A DNA stretch of 63,967 nt, the filler included, from Stramenopiles sp. TOSAG23-3 (lineage: Eukaryota): the NCBI GenBank assembly GCA_900128585.1. It is 11 parts of 11 records of this genome, joined end to end, with 100 filler letters (N's around TTAATTAATTAA, not from the genome) between each part and the next. Parts side by side here need not be neighbours in the genome. Positions count along the whole stretch, not along the records: positions 58,269 to 63,967 come from LT643452.1; 10 more parts are not named here. One strand, given 5' to 3'. Positions within the stretch are counted from its first letter, which is position 1, and each line of letters opens with the position of its first letter. The position numbers and the translations under genes were made by a program. Shown one piece after another: positions 61,901 to 63,967 of this stretch. A model generated the notes under the pieces. The model saw only the letters and a program-made list of their open reading frames with translations, did not search any database and was not told the DNA's origin.

Positions 61901-63967
61901 TTCCTGGCCAAACAAAGAAATTGTCTGTCATATATCCTACTAATATTTTGCCCCTAAACAATGAAAAGGTTAAGATAACAATGGAACAACATATTGAAGG
62001 AACAGACAGAAACTATGGTCATCAAATGAAGTCTTTGAAGCAGGAGAAGAACAGGCTGAAAATTATGGAGAAACGACTGGAAAATCTTACAACAGAAAGA
62101 AGTAAATTTATTAAAGTGCCATTGACTGGGAAGGCCTGGAGGCGAATAAAGAAGATACAAATCAACACTGATTCAATGTACAAAAGTAAAGCCTGGGAAT
62201 TGGATGGTAAAATGGAAAATCTTCAGTACACGTCTGGTGATGTCGTGGTGTTAAAAACGGTGGAACTGCGTCCGGAATGGCTTGTAGGAGGGATTAATTA
62301 CACACGGCGCGAAACATTACTGAATGAAAAACGTCGTAGAGTTTGTATAGTTCAAAACTTGAATATGAGCGATAACATTGTGGAACTTTTAACTGACGAT
62401 TATCTTCTTCTGGAAAATGTCCCACTGAAGAACATTGCACCCTTTTCAAAACTGGTCGGCGATTGTTCTTGCGTTAAAATATTAACAAGCAACGGTCGTA
62501 CCGGGTATGTGCTTATTGGTGCACGATTTTGCGGGACGGAAAATGCGAATAATGACGACGAAGGAAAATTCGTTATCCCAAGTTCGTTTTGCCCTTCGTA
62601 TTCAAATGAGATACAGGATAGATCTTTGCATTTTTTGGTTTTACAAGTAACAAAATTGTATGAATCAAGAAACATGGAAACGGTAATAGGTACCTTGCAA
62701 CCTGCGGATATAGTTAAACTATCCCCAGAGGATTCAGACTTGAACGACAGAAGGATTCTCGCAAAACCCGACGAAGCGCTTCTGACAGCACTTGTGCTTC
62801 AGCACACCGGTGGATGGCGTGATGAATCCATGCGGTCTTGGTGTAATCTACCAAAGGGCGGAAAGGATGGCGGTGGTCCTCAAGCATGTAATCATGGACT
62901 TGCAATAATTCGAAAGGCACATTGGTCCTGTTGCGGGGTTACTGATCGTTACCACCCATGCAGAAAATTAGGAAAGAATAACAAGCAATTGAAGGTAAAC
63001 GATTTGGTTTTTGCAACGCCACAGTTGTTCAATAAAAGATGCGCAATCAATGATGAAGATTGGAAACCGGGGAAATTATTGAGAAGAAATCAGGACGGAA
63101 GTTTCAAGATCGCTTTTGTAAAGAAAGTAAATGGGAAAACCAGAACACTAATTGTTGATTCTGTTAACAATGTGGTGCCAGATCATGTGTTTTCAAGTTA
63201 CACGCGCAGTATGCCCCTTAGTTTCGACAACATTCGTGTAGCTAAAAGAGTCCTACGTTATTTAACAAGACTAGAATACGGCTTTAAAACACCCGATTCC
63301 TGGCGATTGAGCCTGTGGGCGCGTCAAAACGGTGTATTCACATTCGAGTGGGAGAGCAAAATTTACGCTGCAGATACAAAACGAAAACTTCTATACTTTC
63401 CCAATGGTCATACAATAAAAATTAATAATGGAAAGCTGATTCCAGTTGATATCATTGAAAGCCATAGGGGCATACTGAATGGAACAACGAAAAGAATGTT
63501 CCTTCCTAGAACATGGCAACAGTTTTCTTATCAAGCCGAGACCATTTTAGACATGGTTAATATCCAAAGTGCGCATGTTATGAAAAAAAATGGCGATTAT
63601 CATGATTATTACCGGGGGGGGTTATTGAATGAAACAACATACAAGGAAATGCTGATACAAATGGAAGCAAACGATTTAATTGCGTGCCATCCATTTCCGT
63701 ACCCTGATAATAGGAAGAAGAAAAATGAAGAAAGCATTGTGGCCGTAGATTATGTTTTTATCTTAGGAGAGCTTGTAAATATACAAAAAAACTATTGGGG
63801 AAAAAACTGTGAAAAGGTCGGTAGAGTTATTGGTTTCCATAATGATGGCAGAGTAAAAATACATATCAGAAACAAACGAAACGAAAGAGAAAGCAAGCAG
63901 GAGGAAACATATACCAAAGATGCTAATCAGGAGTACTTGAACAGAGACCAGTTGAGGATATTTTTCT
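58912..63967 (+). CDS. Giant multidomain protein: RING/Zn - coiled coil - dynein MT-binding stalk - ankyrins - SUEL/DUF3395-like - SH3/Tudor-like, 3'-truncated (not in ORF track)
   Basis: Manual translation from ATG 58912 finds no stop in 1685 codons to the window end; motifs are listed in the findings. Confidence 0.85.
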   Translation, partial: MANYSVRPTLHRFNEKMPKNPSVSFCFRNYKELSRNKNGSDNRPSKPPSLMRLKSGTDGHEEIAEFVEKKFGSDKSVVLYVLEKISESFKAGNITYKEKTRLKKLLLNDKKGLFTVMAESVTFDKWKKYCVMCDKKIESRLKGIKCETQSHFTCAACLDKWVGQFTFESLTIARAEGFNFQDLFVRRGHIMCPAAASGNCNSDHYGDHEISILLSQSVCCRFITTLLYATESNKLVHDMEEQLLKAVEGPGINDGTDECTSRAQALKKAIPNSRMCNRCLLGPLVNSNGNTEKENDSFFCPRCGLESTNLSDRLVWDGRLPCESMVLNSNCNGSSKSNENEEGPQYGSLIRKEIRKGNKIETEIFPITTQMGKAKMILPRNDGVNVLELNWSLANGSKAYMYTRKQLAHTFEKKPLLRNVVKNIEQLERDIKEQKLRIEKLKISSGQLRAEVLNGRTKKINRKHLQKCFEKKKCCVEFLLKTHRPKFVKQKDMLLEEAKKLNEEIAAHAEEVEKEQSLVLPIVQQQEALIKKVEGILTPVSLEFDATCAELQRHRRGELEEFCLLRRPSPPMLLVAEALGILFGLKPRRSNGPRVWREVQQMIRRDRYRFLSTQLREYDRDNIPKKIIRKLGRIINDESFCPDVLRRQQAYASTLCRWVRIIYKWHFVEKECHPIKQELILLREKLDNERNIEILNQQNKRQKDITKKLSKVSDLEKCLNALLAVETVMKDERSLKESKGCLKSIDSSLRTYEKTMLTVSFLNDSNSKLITYIHRGDVEAVRNLIEQSNCAINCVVGGSTPLCTAIKGGFTVVFDYLMQQPNLDINKCSSATGTTPLRLAVHHNRVEMIARLLMEPDIIPSLWIRSRFDLYHEGFPIKFRENEAILNANWGSAQDVLSKVKQLRKKGPFQVSEREIGRGPGPWINNFLGAGFTKTLYLATDSDIYSYDEKAFVGPLLPKNALITSAFYGKAIDVTDHVNAMQQGDRITCIALGCDPFPGQTKKLSVIYPTNILPLNNEKVKITMEQHIEGTDRNYGHQMKSLKQEKNRLKIMEKRLENLTTERSKFIKVPLTGKAWRRIKKIQINTDSMYKSKAWELDGKMENLQYTSGDVVVLKTVELRPEWLVGGINYTRRETLLNEKRRRVCIVQNLNMSDNIVELLTDDYLLLENVPLKNIAPFSKLVGDCSCVKILTSNGRTGYVLIGARFCGTENANNDDEGKFVIPSSFCPSYSNEIQDRSLHFLVLQVTKLYESRNMETVIGTLQPADIVKLSPEDSDLNDRRILAKPDEALLTALVLQHTGGWRDESMRSWCNLPKGGKDGGGPQACNHGLAIIRKAHWSCCGVTDRYHPCRKLGKNNKQLKVNDLVFATPQLFNKRCAINDEDWKPGKLLRRNQDGSFKIAFVKKVNGKTRTLIVDSVNNVVPDHVFSSYTRSMPLSFDNIRVAKRVLRYLTRLEYGFKTPDSWRLSLWARQNGVFTFEWESKIYAADTKRKLLYFPNGHTIKINNGKLIPVDIIESHRGILNGTTKRMFLPRTWQQFSYQAETILDMVNIQSAHVMKKNGDYHDYYRGGLLNETTYKEMLIQMEANDLIACHPFPYPDNRKKKNEESIVAVDYVFILGELVNIQKNYWGKNCEKVGRVIGFHNDGRVKIHIRNKRNERESKQEETYTKDANQEYLNRDQLRIFF

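Noticed and set aside
1-63967. Numerous short antisense or overlapping ORFs, and any tRNA or rRNA genes
   Set aside because: Short ORFs are shadows of the long genes; no tRNA or rRNA was recognisable by eye, though a covariance-model scan was not possible.

Overview
This window is not one locus. It is 11 unrelated contigs of about 5.7 kb, sorted by decreasing length and joined by artificial 100-bp spacers (44 N + TTAATTAATTAA + 44 N), so gene order across spacers means nothing. Contigs 2-11 are nuclear DNA of an intron-poor flagellated protist, with GC-balanced long exons, AT- and microsatellite-rich intergenic DNA and genes such as CFAP58, ferlin, HECT and MINDY. A heterotrophic stramenopile (MAST-like) is my inference. 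Contig 1 (1-5744) is compact, intronless and giant-virus-like. Best leads: (1) a >1680-aa ORF missing from the ORF track (58912 to window end) fusing a RING/Zn module to a stand-alone dynein microtubule-binding stalk, ankyrins, SUEL-like and SH3/Tudor-like domains; (2) an NLR-like ankyrin-NB-ARC-TPR-SPRY protein with a SAM domain inserted inside the NB-ARC and near-identical ankyrin repeats; (3) a ferlin with a hidden second tail-anchor exon reachable by an in-frame GT-AG splice; (4) RUN-pseudoRhoGAP-ELMO-TLDc and TM-FN3-WW-HECT fusions; (5) two recurrent quasi-palindromic intergenic motifs. Two contig ends carry inverted copies of upstream DNA, most likely amplification or assembly chimeras. 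All domain calls come from motif recognition by eye; no searches were run.
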